Origin: Deltaproteobacteria bacterium
GTDB taxonomy: Bacteria > Myxococcota > Kuafuiibacteriia > Kuafuiibacteriales > Kuafuiibacteriaceae
Assembly: GCA_040218735.1 (NCBI GenBank)
Contig: JAVJQW010000033.1
Span: 160,001-224,000 of the forward strand
Length of the DNA: 64,000 bases
Direction of reading: 5' to 3'
Shown here: positions 1 to 8,656 of the stretch, piece after piece
How positions within the stretch are numbered: position 1 is the stretch's first letter
Layout of the letters: every line of letters begins with the position of its first letter
Notes under the pieces: model-generated
Told to the model about the DNA's origin: nothing
Database searches by the model: none
What the model saw: the letters and a program-made list of their open reading frames with translations, nothing else
Program-made: the position numbers and the translations under genes

Positions 1-126
1 CGCTGGACCCTCGCGCTCCCCTGCGGCCTCGTGTACCTCGCGCTCTTGTTCGTGGTGCGCGTGGCGCAGCCGTCGGACTTCGCGCGGCTGGTGAACGCGT
101 TGAAGGAACGCTTCGGTAAGCGCTGA
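1..126 (+). CDS. C-terminal fragment of a membrane protein (possibly polysaccharide flippase/Wzx-like); partial
   Basis: Frame 1 reads RWTLALPCGLVYLALLFVVRVAQPSDFARLVNALKERFGKR-stop(126): a hydrophobic helix plus basic tail. The family is a guess. Confidence 0.45.
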   Translation, partial: RWTLALPCGLVYLALLFVVRVAQPSDFARLVNALKERFGKR

Positions 127-170
127 GCGTTTTGACTCGACGGTGCGGGGACGCGTAGCTTCGATCCGTC

Positions 171-692
171 GTGTTGCCCGTTCTCCTCTGCGTCGCGCTC
201 GCGGTGCCCGCGGACTCGCCCCAAGAGGCGCCGCCGGCGGCGCCGCACCGGCCCGACCCGGGCGTCGCGATGCTCGTCTCCATCCTCGGGACGGCGGTGC
301 CGATCGCCGCGGGTTTCGGGCTGGTGGTGTCGGACGGGTCTGCCGACGTTGGTGTGGCTTTGCTCGCTGGCGGGCTCGTGGTGGGGCCGTCGGTTGGGCA
401 CTTCTATCGGGGCGAGCGTCTGCCGGCGCTGGGGTTCATCCTCGGGCGAACCGCCGCGTACGGGCTCGGCGCGTATCTGTTCTTGGACGGGGTACGACGG
501 TCGATTCACGAGGAGCGTGGTCGGGAGGCCAGCACCCTCTCGGGGAGCCTGCTGCTGCTGAGCGGCGTGGTCCTCAGCCTCGTGGAGATCGGCTTCGTCG
601 CGGAGCGCATCGAGGCCACGGTCGCCCCGGTCGCGGTCCAGGACGCCGCCGGTGATGTCGCGCCGGGCTTGGCTTGGGCGACGCGCTTCTAA
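171..692 (+). CDS. Hypothetical exported/membrane protein
   Basis: Signal peptide, several Gly-rich hydrophobic segments, GPSVGHFY motif, C-terminal F. TAGCTT lies 9 nt upstream of the GTG. Confidence 0.7.
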   Translation: MLPVLLCVALAVPADSPQEAPPAAPHRPDPGVAMLVSILGTAVPIAAGFGLVVSDGSADVGVALLAGGLVVGPSVGHFYRGERLPALGFILGRTAAYGLGAYLFLDGVRRSIHEERGREASTLSGSLLLLSGVVLSLVEIGFVAERIEATVAPVAVQDAAGDVAPGLAWATRF

Positions 693-1246
693 CGAACGAA
701 CTTGGCGACCGCGACTTCGACGTCCGGGAAGCGTACGAGCGCGATCGTTTCATCGCGTCCGTACGTCGCCATGGAGCGGTAGCGCCCGTCGCGGGGATCA
801 CGGCGCACCTCCACCTCGCCTGCAGCCACGTCGACGATCCAGTACTCGGGGATGTCGGCGCTCGCGTAGAGGTCGGCTTTGGTTCCGCGATCGAAGTCGC
901 CGGACGTGACCGCGACCTCCACCACGAGGTGGGCGGTCGAGGCGAGCTGGTCGGGGCTGCTGGGGAGCGGGAGGAGCGCGACGTCGGGCTCGGGGCGCGA
1001 GTCCGCAAGGGCGAGCGGCCCTTGGCTTTGAACCTTGGCTCTACCGCTCAGCGCGAGGACCAGCAGTTCGGTCAGTTCGTTGATCGTCCAGATGTGGGGC
1101 GCGCCTTGGGGACTCATCGTCACGAGGTGGCGGTGGATCAGCTCCACATGCTCGCCGGCGAAGAAGCCGTCTGCGACGAGACGGTCGTACTCCTCCGGCT
1201 CGATCGGGCGAAGGATCGCCGGGTCGACATGCGGGCGGGACACCAC
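689..1246 (-). CDS. Uma2 family (PD-(D/E)XK-like) endonuclease
   Basis: VELIH..MSPQG.PH, PEPDVAL, LVVEVA, D.G.KA.LYA...IPEYWIVD are typical Uma2/DUF820 motifs. Confidence 0.9.
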   Translation of the reverse strand: MVSRPHVDPAILRPIEPEEYDRLVADGFFAGEHVELIHRHLVTMSPQGAPHIWTINELTELLVLALSGRAKVQSQGPLALADSRPEPDVALLPLPSSPDQLASTAHLVVEVAVTSGDFDRGTKADLYASADIPEYWIVDVAAGEVEVRRDPRDGRYRSMATYGRDETIALVRFPDVEVAVAKFVR

Positions 1247-1253
1247 GATCGTG

Positions 1254-1259
1254 ATTATA
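1254..1259 (-). promoter_or_regulatory. Consensus -10 box TATAAT, 7 nt upstream of the Uma2 GTG (leaderless-type)
   Basis: The minus strand reads TATAAT-CACGATC-GTG, with no Shine-Dalgarno in between. Confidence 0.6.
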
Positions 1260-1289
1260 GGACGAGCGATGGCGGATGGGCGACAGGGA

Positions 1290-2408
1290 TCAGTCGGCCG
1301 GGAAGCCGCACTTCGTGAAGTCGAGCGTGAGGTTCAGCTTCGCGAGGACCTCCTGGATGTGGTTCAGATAGCCGAACGTGCCGTCCGAGCCCCAGTGCAG
1401 GCCGACGAGGCGCATGTCGCGCGCGCCGCCCGATTGGGTGCGGAGCACGGCGGCCTGGCCCGAGTCGCCGAAGTTGCTCGAGTACGAGTCCCACTGCCAC
1501 ATGTACTGCTTGCGCATCGTGAGCGCGCCGCAGCAGTAGGCGTTGGCCGGGACGTTGACCGTCGCGTTGACCGCGCGGATTCGGCCGGAGTTGAAGCCGG
1601 TGGTGCGCCCCGAGAGCTCGATGCGCCAGCCGGGGACGTGCACCTTGCCCGTCACGTCCTTGGGGGTGCCGATGTCGCGGATGGTCTTCGAGGACTGGAA
1701 GAAGGCGCTCGTCACCTTCGTCGCGTCGACGCGGTTGTCGGGCGCGCCGCAGACCGGCATCGCGTGCCCGGCGATATCGCCGATGACGACGCCCGAGCCC
1801 GGGATCACCTCGTCGGCCGGGCTGGTGTGCTGAAAGTCCTCGCCGATCGGCGCCATGAAACACGTCGTGTTCAGGTCCGCGCAGTGTGCGTTCGTCACGA
1901 GCACCGACGTCCCCGAGTCGAGGTCACACGCCTTGAAACCCATGGTGCACGCGGTGGCCTGAACCCACGCACCGGAGTTCCCCATCTGGACGGGGAGAGG
2001 GAGCTGGTCGCGGTGACACGGCGGACCGGCGCCTCCGTTGCACGCAGGGCCACCGTCCTCGAGGCGGGGGAGGTGCGTCACGTGGACGTCGAGCGGGATG
2101 CCCTCGAACTTCGTCGGGAGCTGATCGACGAGCCGGCGGTCCGCGACGGCGACGACGAGGGTGGGTTCGAAGGCAGAGTCGAGCCCGATGCCGACGGCGA
2201 CCGCGCCCGGGTGTGCGAAGAGAATCGGCTCGAAGCGAGCCTGGATCGGTTCGACGCGCCGGAGGATCTCCGTGAACCGTTGCTCCTGGTCGTCCAGCTC
2301 GGCGTCCGTCTGCGCGAACGCCGACGAAGTCGCGAGGGTCAGAACCGCGGCAACGTAGGTTGCGAAATGTCGTGAGGGGGTGCGCGACATGCGCGTCGTG
2401 TTGGTCAT
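1290..2408 (-). CDS. Secreted chymotrypsin-like (S1, Nal1-like) serine protease
   Basis: Signal peptide ending AFA; N-domain GAVAVGIG...LPTKFEGIPLDV; catalytic motifs LVTNAHC, VDAT, FGDSG; SGRTTG. Confidence 0.75.
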   Translation of the reverse strand: MTNTTRMSRTPSRHFATYVAAVLTLATSSAFAQTDAELDDQEQRFTEILRRVEPIQARFEPILFAHPGAVAVGIGLDSAFEPTLVVAVADRRLVDQLPTKFEGIPLDVHVTHLPRLEDGGPACNGGAGPPCHRDQLPLPVQMGNSGAWVQATACTMGFKACDLDSGTSVLVTNAHCADLNTTCFMAPIGEDFQHTSPADEVIPGSGVVIGDIAGHAMPVCGAPDNRVDATKVTSAFFQSSKTIRDIGTPKDVTGKVHVPGWRIELSGRTTGFNSGRIRAVNATVNVPANAYCCGALTMRKQYMWQWDSYSSNFGDSGQAAVLRTQSGGARDMRLVGLHWGSDGTFGYLNHIQEVLAKLNLTLDFTKCGFPAD

Positions 2409-2707
2409 CTGCCCGGTGCGTGCCGCCGGGCTGAAGTCTTTATCCGACTTTTTCGGCGAGTTTCTTCACTCGATGGAGGGCGACAGGGGGCGCTCGAGTC
2501 GACGACGCTGGGACTTGCTCTACGGCCGTCCTTACCGGCAAAGCGCCGGCAGTGGACCCGCGACCGGGTGCTACGAGAGCGCCCGAGCTGCTTCGCGCAG
2601 ACGGTCGCCCGCCTGTCGACTACCTTAGGACCGTTAATATTGCTTGTGAGCGTGGTCAGTGGGGAGCGCGTCCCCGTCCCCTCACCTTCGTCCCGCAATT
2701 CTCAGCG

Positions 2708-3691
2708 TCAACCGCGAAAGCGCTTCTTCACCGTCGCCGTCAGCGCCTTGCCCGCGAAGGGGGCCCACCTCAGCGACGGCATCGCCAGGGCGGCCTGCGC
2801 GATGATCTTCAGCGCCGCGTCCGGTCGCCCGTCCTCCATCACCCACCGGGCGATGCGCCACTGGTACATCGCTTCCCACTCCCCGGCGATCTTCCTGAGG
2901 TATGGGTTCGAACAGTGGATGCGGAGGTGCTGCGCCGCGAGCACCGTGATCTGATACCGCTCCAGGTCAGACACCGCGCGCGACGCCGACCCCTTCTGGG
3001 TGGGGACATTGTGTAGCGCGACGTTCTCCGGCCGGTACAGACAGAGCTGCGCCCGGTCGAAGATCCGAAACGTCAGATCCCAGTCCTCGAGGTACCGCAA
3101 CCGCTCCCAGAACCCACCGAGCTCGACCACGAACGCACGCCGCATCACGCAGATGTTCAAGTGCGGGAACCGGAGCTCGGACAACGTGGCCTCCAGCCGC
3201 ACCCGATGCACCGGCGGATCGTCCATGACCTGCGGCTCACGGATCATCGCGTCGTTGGTGTTGAACCACATCGGCTCGACGACCTCGCCGGCCTTCTCAC
3301 TCCGCTGACTCGCGAAGAAGAACTCCGCGCCCGTCTTCTCCAGCGCCGCCACGGCGACGGCGAGGTGGTCGTCGCGGATCCACACGTCGTCGTCGTCGCA
3401 GAACGCGAGGTACCGCCCGCGCGCCGCGTGGATGCCGCGGTTGCGCGCCACGCCCGGTCCGGAGCCCCACGGCGTCGGCGCCGGCGGTCGCTCCACCCGG
3501 AAGCGGTCGTCGAGCTCGGAGAAGATCGCCTCGTACTGCGCGAGCGTCTTCTCGCTCGAGCCGTCGTCCACGACGATCACCTCGAAGTTCTCGAACGTCT
3601 GCGACGCGATCGACCGGAGTGTGTCCGGGAGGGTCGCCGGGCGGTCGCGCGTCGCGACGATCACCGAAACGATGGGCGCGGTCGACTCCAA
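2708..3691 (-). CDS. Glycosyltransferase family 2
   Basis: VSVIVATRDR, SIASQTFENFEVIVVDDGS, ARNRGI..ARGRYLAFCDDDD, EDWDL. Confidence 0.93.
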   Translation of the reverse strand: MESTAPIVSVIVATRDRPATLPDTLRSIASQTFENFEVIVVDDGSSEKTLAQYEAIFSELDDRFRVERPPAPTPWGSGPGVARNRGIHAARGRYLAFCDDDDVWIRDDHLAVAVAALEKTGAEFFFASQRSEKAGEVVEPMWFNTNDAMIREPQVMDDPPVHRVRLEATLSELRFPHLNICVMRRAFVVELGGFWERLRYLEDWDLTFRIFDRAQLCLYRPENVALHNVPTQKGSASRAVSDLERYQITVLAAQHLRIHCSNPYLRKIAGEWEAMYQWRIARWVMEDGRPDAALKIIAQAALAMPSLRWAPFAGKALTATVKKRFRG

Positions 3692-3768
3692 CGGGCGCCG
3701 ACCCTACCACGCACCCAGACAATCGGCGCTCCCTTGACGGTGGTGACGGGCTGCGGTTGGGTGCCCTC

Positions 3769-5232
3769 GTGCAGAAGGCACGGGTGGTCGTCGGCGCCGT
3801 ACTGGTGCTCCTGGTCTTGGTCCTCAACCCGTGGGTCATGGCGCCGCTCCTCCTCGACGACACCGAGCTGTGGCCCGTCACGCGCCAGCTCCTCCTCGTC
3901 TTCGACGCCATCTTCCTCGCGCTCGGTGGCTACATCCTCGTGATGCGGAACCGCCCCGCGAAGACCGTGCGCGGCATGTACGCCGACGTCGCGCTCATGA
4001 CGCTCAACGGGTTGCTCGCGTTCTTCGTCGTCAACGTGCTCGCCGCGCTCTGGCTCCAGTCCAAGGCCGACGACGCACCCAACGCCGAACGCCACTTCCA
4101 CCAGCCGCGCCACAAACTCCGCGACGATCCGGAGTTCATGAAGAAGCTCTACCCCGGTCTTTCGCTGGAGCAGATCGCCGAGGTCACACACACCCCGAAC
4201 GTCATCGCGCACCCGACGATCGAGTTCACCGAGCGCCCCGTGAAGTCGGAGTTCTACAACGTCGGATTCGAGAACATGCGCTACACCGGCTTCGTCAACG
4301 AGGCGAACGCCAAGGAGAAGATCAGCGGGAGCGTCTGGGTGCTCAGCGGCTCGACCGGCTTCGGTCACGGCGTCGCCGACGACCAGTCGCTCGTGCACTA
4401 CCTCGACGAGCTCGACGCCGACGCCACGTACATCAACTTCGCGTTCCAGGGCGCGATGCAACACAACGAGATCGACAAGGTCCTCCTCCTCCTCAAGAAG
4501 GGGTACCGCCCCAAACACATCATCTTCCTCGACGGCCTCAACGACACGATCTCCTGCCTCGGCACCAACTTCGCGCCGGAGGAGATCACACGCTTCCCGT
4601 GGACCGCGTACGGCTACACGTACAACATCAAGGCTTACTACCAGCAGAAGAGCATGTTCGGGATCGTCGGCGAGCTGCCGATCGGGCACGTCCTCGAACA
4701 GTGGCGCTCCGGCCTCGGTCCGGAGGTCGTGCACATCTCGAACGGGTACTCACGCACCGACGACCCCGACGATCTCTTCGTCACGAACCCGCGCGCGCAC
4801 TTCGCGAAGACCGATTACATGTACGTGAACAAGGTCGAGCACCTCGACCTCTACAAGAAGAAGATCCTCGACTACTACCGCGCGAACCTCGAGCTCATCC
4901 AACGCCTCGCCTTCGCCTACCGGTTCCGCGCGACGGTCGTGTTCCAGCCGAACGGGATGATCCTCGACACCAACGCCTTCATCAAAGACGTCGAGGCCTA
5001 CAAGAAGGAGGAGATCCATCAGCTCCTCGCGGGCATGTACGCGGCCGTCCGCGAGGCCCTCCGTGACCGCAAGATCCCACCGATGGTCGACCTCTCCGAC
5101 CTGCACGACGGGTGCACGGACTGCTACGTCGACCTCGCGCACTACCACCCCTCGTTCAACAAGAGGCTGGCCGCCGCGATCCTCGAAGCGACCACGATTC
5201 GGCCGATTGTCCCGCCTCCCACCGAACCGTGA
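3769..5232 (+). CDS. Membrane-anchored SGNH/GDSL-like hydrolase or acetyltransferase
   Basis: Three N-terminal TM segments; SGNH blocks VLSGSTGFGHGV, INFAFQG, FLDGLND, YVDLAHY. Start placed at in-frame GTG 3769. Confidence 0.7.
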   Translation: MQKARVVVGAVLVLLVLVLNPWVMAPLLLDDTELWPVTRQLLLVFDAIFLALGGYILVMRNRPAKTVRGMYADVALMTLNGLLAFFVVNVLAALWLQSKADDAPNAERHFHQPRHKLRDDPEFMKKLYPGLSLEQIAEVTHTPNVIAHPTIEFTERPVKSEFYNVGFENMRYTGFVNEANAKEKISGSVWVLSGSTGFGHGVADDQSLVHYLDELDADATYINFAFQGAMQHNEIDKVLLLLKKGYRPKHIIFLDGLNDTISCLGTNFAPEEITRFPWTAYGYTYNIKAYYQQKSMFGIVGELPIGHVLEQWRSGLGPEVVHISNGYSRTDDPDDLFVTNPRAHFAKTDYMYVNKVEHLDLYKKKILDYYRANLELIQRLAFAYRFRATVVFQPNGMILDTNAFIKDVEAYKKEEIHQLLAGMYAAVREALRDRKIPPMVDLSDLHDGCTDCYVDLAHYHPSFNKRLAAAILEATTIRPIVPPPTEP

Positions 5233-5269
5233 TCTGACAGATCCGATTCGAGTCGTTATCCTACGAACG

Positions 5270-6940
5270 CTGAGCGGCGCCGCACACTTCCCCGAGCGAT
5301 TCGGGCCCTTCATCCTGCTCCGCGAGCTCGGCGCCGGCGGGATGGGCTCCGCCTACCTCGCGATCCACCCCGACTCCGAGGCGCTCCTCGTCGTCAAGCG
5401 GATGCACCCGGAGCTGATGCGCGACGACACGATCTTCAAACGCTTCATCCACGAAGCGGAGGTCGCAGCGCACGTCCGCCACCCCAACGTCGCGGGCCTG
5501 GTCGCGATGGGCACCATCGACCGCGAGCCGTTCCTCGCCACGGAGTTCGTGTTCGGGATCCAGGTCAGCCAGATCGTCGAGCGCGTCGAACAGGCGATCA
5601 TCGATCCCATTCCGCTGCACGTCGTGCTGTTCATGGCGCTGGAGCTCCTCGCCGGGCTCGACGGCATCCACGAGGCCTGCCACCACGAAACCGGCGCGCC
5701 GCTCGGGCTCATCCACCGCGACGTCGGCTCGCGCAATGTGCTCGTCGGGTTCGACGGTCGCGTGCGCCTGATCGACCTCGGCCTCGGCAAGTCGATCCTC
5801 TCCGACTGGCAGACCGCCCACCAGGTGCTCGCCGGGTCACCGGACTACATGCCGCCCGAGCAGGCGATGGGCGCAAAGGTCGACAAACGCGCCGACGTGT
5901 ACGCGTCGGCCGTGACGATCTGGGAGATGCTCGCGGGGAAGAAGCGCATCCGCGAAGACGGTGTCGCCGCGCGCCTCAGCCGCGCGGTGGGCGCACAGCC
6001 GGAGCCGCTGCTGCCGTTCCGCCCGGAGGCGACGCAGCGGTTGGAGGCGATCCTCAAGCAGGGGATGGCGACGGACCCGGACGTCCGCACGCCGACCGCC
6101 GGCATCCTCGCCAAGACGTTGGAGGAGGAGCTGCGTGCCTTGAAGCGTCGCGCGGAGCGCCAGGAGGTGATCGACTGGCTCGACGCCGCCTGCGCGACGG
6201 TCATCGCCAAGGAGCGACGGTTGTTGGACGACGCGGTCGCCGCGTCGCGCAACCTCGGCGCGCCGCGCAAGAACCCGCACACGCAGATGTTCGTGCAGGC
6301 GCGACACGGGCCGTTCAGCGAGGCGAACGCGTATCGCTTCTACGACGCACCGAACGCCGCGCCGGATCCGAGCGACGCGATCGGCGAGCCTTCGAAGATG
6401 TCGCTGACGTTGGACAAGATCGGCGCGAGTCAGACGCTCGGTGCGCTCGCCGCGTTGGTGGATCCGACGAACCTGAGGAACGCGCCGCTGTGGGTGAAGA
6501 TCGCGGGCGGGATGCTCGCGTTCCTCTTCGTCGTGCTCGTGAGCTCGGTGACGTACGTGCTCCTCGTCCCGTCGGCGCCGACCGCGAAGCCGTTGCCGAA
6601 GGCGCCGAAACCTCCGCCGGTCGTCGTCGCGCCTCCGCCGCCGTCCGACGTCGAGCTCGTGGCGCCGCCGCCGGTGGAGCCGCCGCCGCCGGTGGAGCCG
6701 CCGCCGCCCCCGGTCGAGCCCCCGCCTCCGCCGCCGTCGACGACCACCACGCGTGTCAGCTCCGACGTGAAGCGTCGGAAATCGCAGCTCGTCTCGCGGA
6801 TCCGCGACCTGCGTCGCGTGAAGTACGACGTGCGTTGGCAGAAGCGGCTCACCAAGCTCTCTGCTCGTCTGAGCTCGGCGCGGTCGAACCGATCACTCGA
6901 CAGCATCGAACGTTCGATTCGTCAGATGGAGCGCGAGTAG
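5270..6940 (+). CDS. Hanks-type Ser/Thr protein kinase with TM helix and Pro-rich linker
   Basis: LGAGGMG, VVKRM, IHRDVGSRN, IDLGLG, GSPDYMPPEQ, DVYA. Start uncertain: TTG 5207 or CTG 5270. Confidence 0.9.
   Translation: MSGAAHFPERFGPFILLRELGAGGMGSAYLAIHPDSEALLVVKRMHPELMRDDTIFKRFIHEAEVAAHVRHPNVAGLVAMGTIDREPFLATEFVFGIQVSQIVERVEQAIIDPIPLHVVLFMALELLAGLDGIHEACHHETGAPLGLIHRDVGSRNVLVGFDGRVRLIDLGLGKSILSDWQTAHQVLAGSPDYMPPEQAMGAKVDKRADVYASAVTIWEMLAGKKRIREDGVAARLSRAVGAQPEPLLPFRPEATQRLEAILKQGMATDPDVRTPTAGILAKTLEEELRALKRRAERQEVIDWLDAACATVIAKERRLLDDAVAASRNLGAPRKNPHTQMFVQARHGPFSEANAYRFYDAPNAAPDPSDAIGEPSKMSLTLDKIGASQTLGALAALVDPTNLRNAPLWVKIAGGMLAFLFVVLVSSVTYVLLVPSAPTAKPLPKAPKPPPVVVAPPPPSDVELVAPPPVEPPPPVEPPPPPVEPPPPPPSTTTTRVSSDVKRRKSQLVSRIRDLRRVKYDVRWQKRLTKLSARLSSARSNRSLDSIERSIRQMERE
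6650..6735 (+). repeat. Coding tandem repeat (VEPPPP)n in the kinase linker
   Basis: ccgccgccggtggag-like units encode VAPPPVEPPPPVEPPPPPVEPPPPPP. Confidence 0.8.
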
Positions 6941-7636
6941 CTACTCGCCGGGCGCCTCGGGGCTCTTCAGCGCGCGCCGCGCGACCCTCGAGAGCCACGC
7001 GACGATCGCGCCGACCGCGACCAGGCCGACGATCAGCAGGATGCGCCGCTCGTCGGACGCGGCTTCGTCGAGGCGCGTGAAGTCCTCGACGATCGTGCCG
7101 AGCTGGAGCGCGAGGACCTGCGCGGGGAGGATGCCGATCAGCGTGCCGATCGCCATCGCCCTGGGGCGGACGCCGGACGCGCCGAGCACGTAGTTCTGGA
7201 CGGAGAACGGCGCCCACGGAGCGAGGCGGCTGAGGATGACCGCGCGGAGCTCCTTGTTCGCGACCTCTTCACGGATCGCGCGCAGCACCGGGCGGCGCTC
7301 GATCATCCGGACGACGCGGCCGGCGAGGATCGTGCGCGCGAGGAGCACCGCGATCACGCCGCCGAGCATGGCGGCGGGGAGGGTGAGCGCGAGGCCGACG
7401 GCCGTGCCGTAGACCATGCCCGCCGTGACCGTGAGGAAGAACATCGGCACGACGACAATCGTCGCGAGGACGTAGACGAAGAAGAAGACCACCATGCCGA
7501 CGGTGCCGGCTTCGCGCAGGTAGAGGACGCCCTCCGCCGCGAGCGCGCGAACGTCGATGAAGACGGACGCGACCAGCACCGCGAGGAGCGGGATCGCGAG
7601 GAGCCACTTCGAACGATTGGGTGCCGGCGTCGACAG
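6941..7636 (-). CDS. TVP38/TMEM64 (VTT/DedA superfamily) membrane protein
   Basis: FLTVTAGMVYG, RLAPWAPFSVQNYVLG, GTLIGILP. GTG 7579 truncates the first TM helix; in-frame CTG 7636 restores it. Confidence 0.88.
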   Translation of the reverse strand: MSTPAPNRSKWLLAIPLLAVLVASVFIDVRALAAEGVLYLREAGTVGMVVFFFVYVLATIVVVPMFFLTVTAGMVYGTAVGLALTLPAAMLGGVIAVLLARTILAGRVVRMIERRPVLRAIREEVANKELRAVILSRLAPWAPFSVQNYVLGASGVRPRAMAIGTLIGILPAQVLALQLGTIVEDFTRLDEAASDERRILLIVGLVAVGAIVAWLSRVARRALKSPEAPGE

Positions 7637-7675
7637 GGTGGGGGGAGTCTAACGCAGCCGCGAGGCGATTCGGTG

Positions 7676-8614
7676 TCAGAGACCGCCGCCGACGGAGCCG
7701 CCGCCACCGCCGCCGGAGCCGGAGCCGCCGCCGCCGGAGCCGCCGCCGCCCGAACCCGAGCCGCCGTCGCCGCACTCCGCGGGGGCGTCGATGCGGTAGG
7801 CCTCGCCGTCGTCGACCGCGACGCGGCCCGATCGGTCGTGCTGGACGCGAACGGTGCACACGCCTTCGATGGTGTTGTCGTCGTCGTCCCACGCCCGCCA
7901 GCCGAGGTGGTAGACGCGGCCGTTCTCGTTGCCGCTGCGCTCGGCGCGCAGCTCGACGCTGCCGCAAGTCAGGTTGCGGATGTCGGGTTCGTGGTTGCCG
8001 TCGCCGAGGCCGTTCACGACCTCGTCGCTGCTCGCCCACAGGAACTCGACCTCGACGTCTCCGTCACAGTCGTCCGTCACCGTGACGCAGTCGTCGACGT
8101 CGATGGTGTGGAACTTGTGGTTCGGCGGCCAGAGGCTCACCTCGTGCTCCGCGACCGTCGGCGTGCTCGTGTCTTCGACGATCAGCGTCGCCGTGCAGAT
8201 CTCGGCGTCGTTGTCGGCTGCGTCCGTGACGACGATGGTGTGCTCACCGACGTCGTAGGGGCCGGGGTCGTTCACTTCGAGCGTCGCGCCCGCGCAGATC
8301 GACGCGTCGAGCGGCACCTGGATCTCGTCGAAGGTCGTGCCGTTCTCGGAGGTGCATTCGATCGTGTGCGTCTCGCCGCACTCGAAGTCCTCCGCGGGCA
8401 ACATCACCGTGGGGTCCGCGCAGACGGCCACCAGGTTGGCGGTCTCGGAGCCGGTGGGTCCGTTGCTGCAGGCGACGAGCGCGAGGGCTGTGAGGGCCCA
8501 TGCACCTTTTGTATACGTCCGGTCTGCGAAGGGGGTTCGGAGCGCCTTCGACCCCGCAAAAGCCGGGTTCGAGGTGCTCGGTGTGGATGAAATCTCGAAT
8601 GATTTCGCGGTCAC
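7676..8614 (-). CDS. Lipoprotein with LWPPNHK-type Ig/HYR-like domain and Gly/Ser tail
   Basis: Lipobox LVAC; SLWPPNHKFHTI, LRAERSG...GRVY, VQHD motifs. Start uncertain. Confidence 0.7.
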   Translation of the reverse strand: MTAKSFEISSTPSTSNPAFAGSKALRTPFADRTYTKGAWALTALALVACSNGPTGSETANLVAVCADPTVMLPAEDFECGETHTIECTSENGTTFDEIQVPLDASICAGATLEVNDPGPYDVGEHTIVVTDAADNDAEICTATLIVEDTSTPTVAEHEVSLWPPNHKFHTIDVDDCVTVTDDCDGDVEVEFLWASSDEVVNGLGDGNHEPDIRNLTCGSVELRAERSGNENGRVYHLGWRAWDDDDNTIEGVCTVRVQHDRSGRVAVDDGEAYRIDAPAECGDGGSGSGGGGSGGGGSGSGGGGGGSVGGGL

Positions 8615-8656
8615 GACAGATCATAGCACCTCCGCTTCGCGGTGCATCCGACGATC

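Noticed and set aside
689-1246. Uma2 nuclease as a defence system
   Set aside because: Standalone member of a commonly expanded family, with no methylase or other defence partner adjacent.
2409-2707. 300-bp intergenic region as a riboswitch or ncRNA
   Set aside because: No conserved riboswitch motif recognised. An Infernal/Rfam scan would be needed.
6650-7770. Short tandem repeats as a CRISPR array or synthetic linker
   Set aside because: They are in-frame Pro-rich and Gly/Ser-rich coding repeats with native codon usage, no unique spacers and no cas genes.
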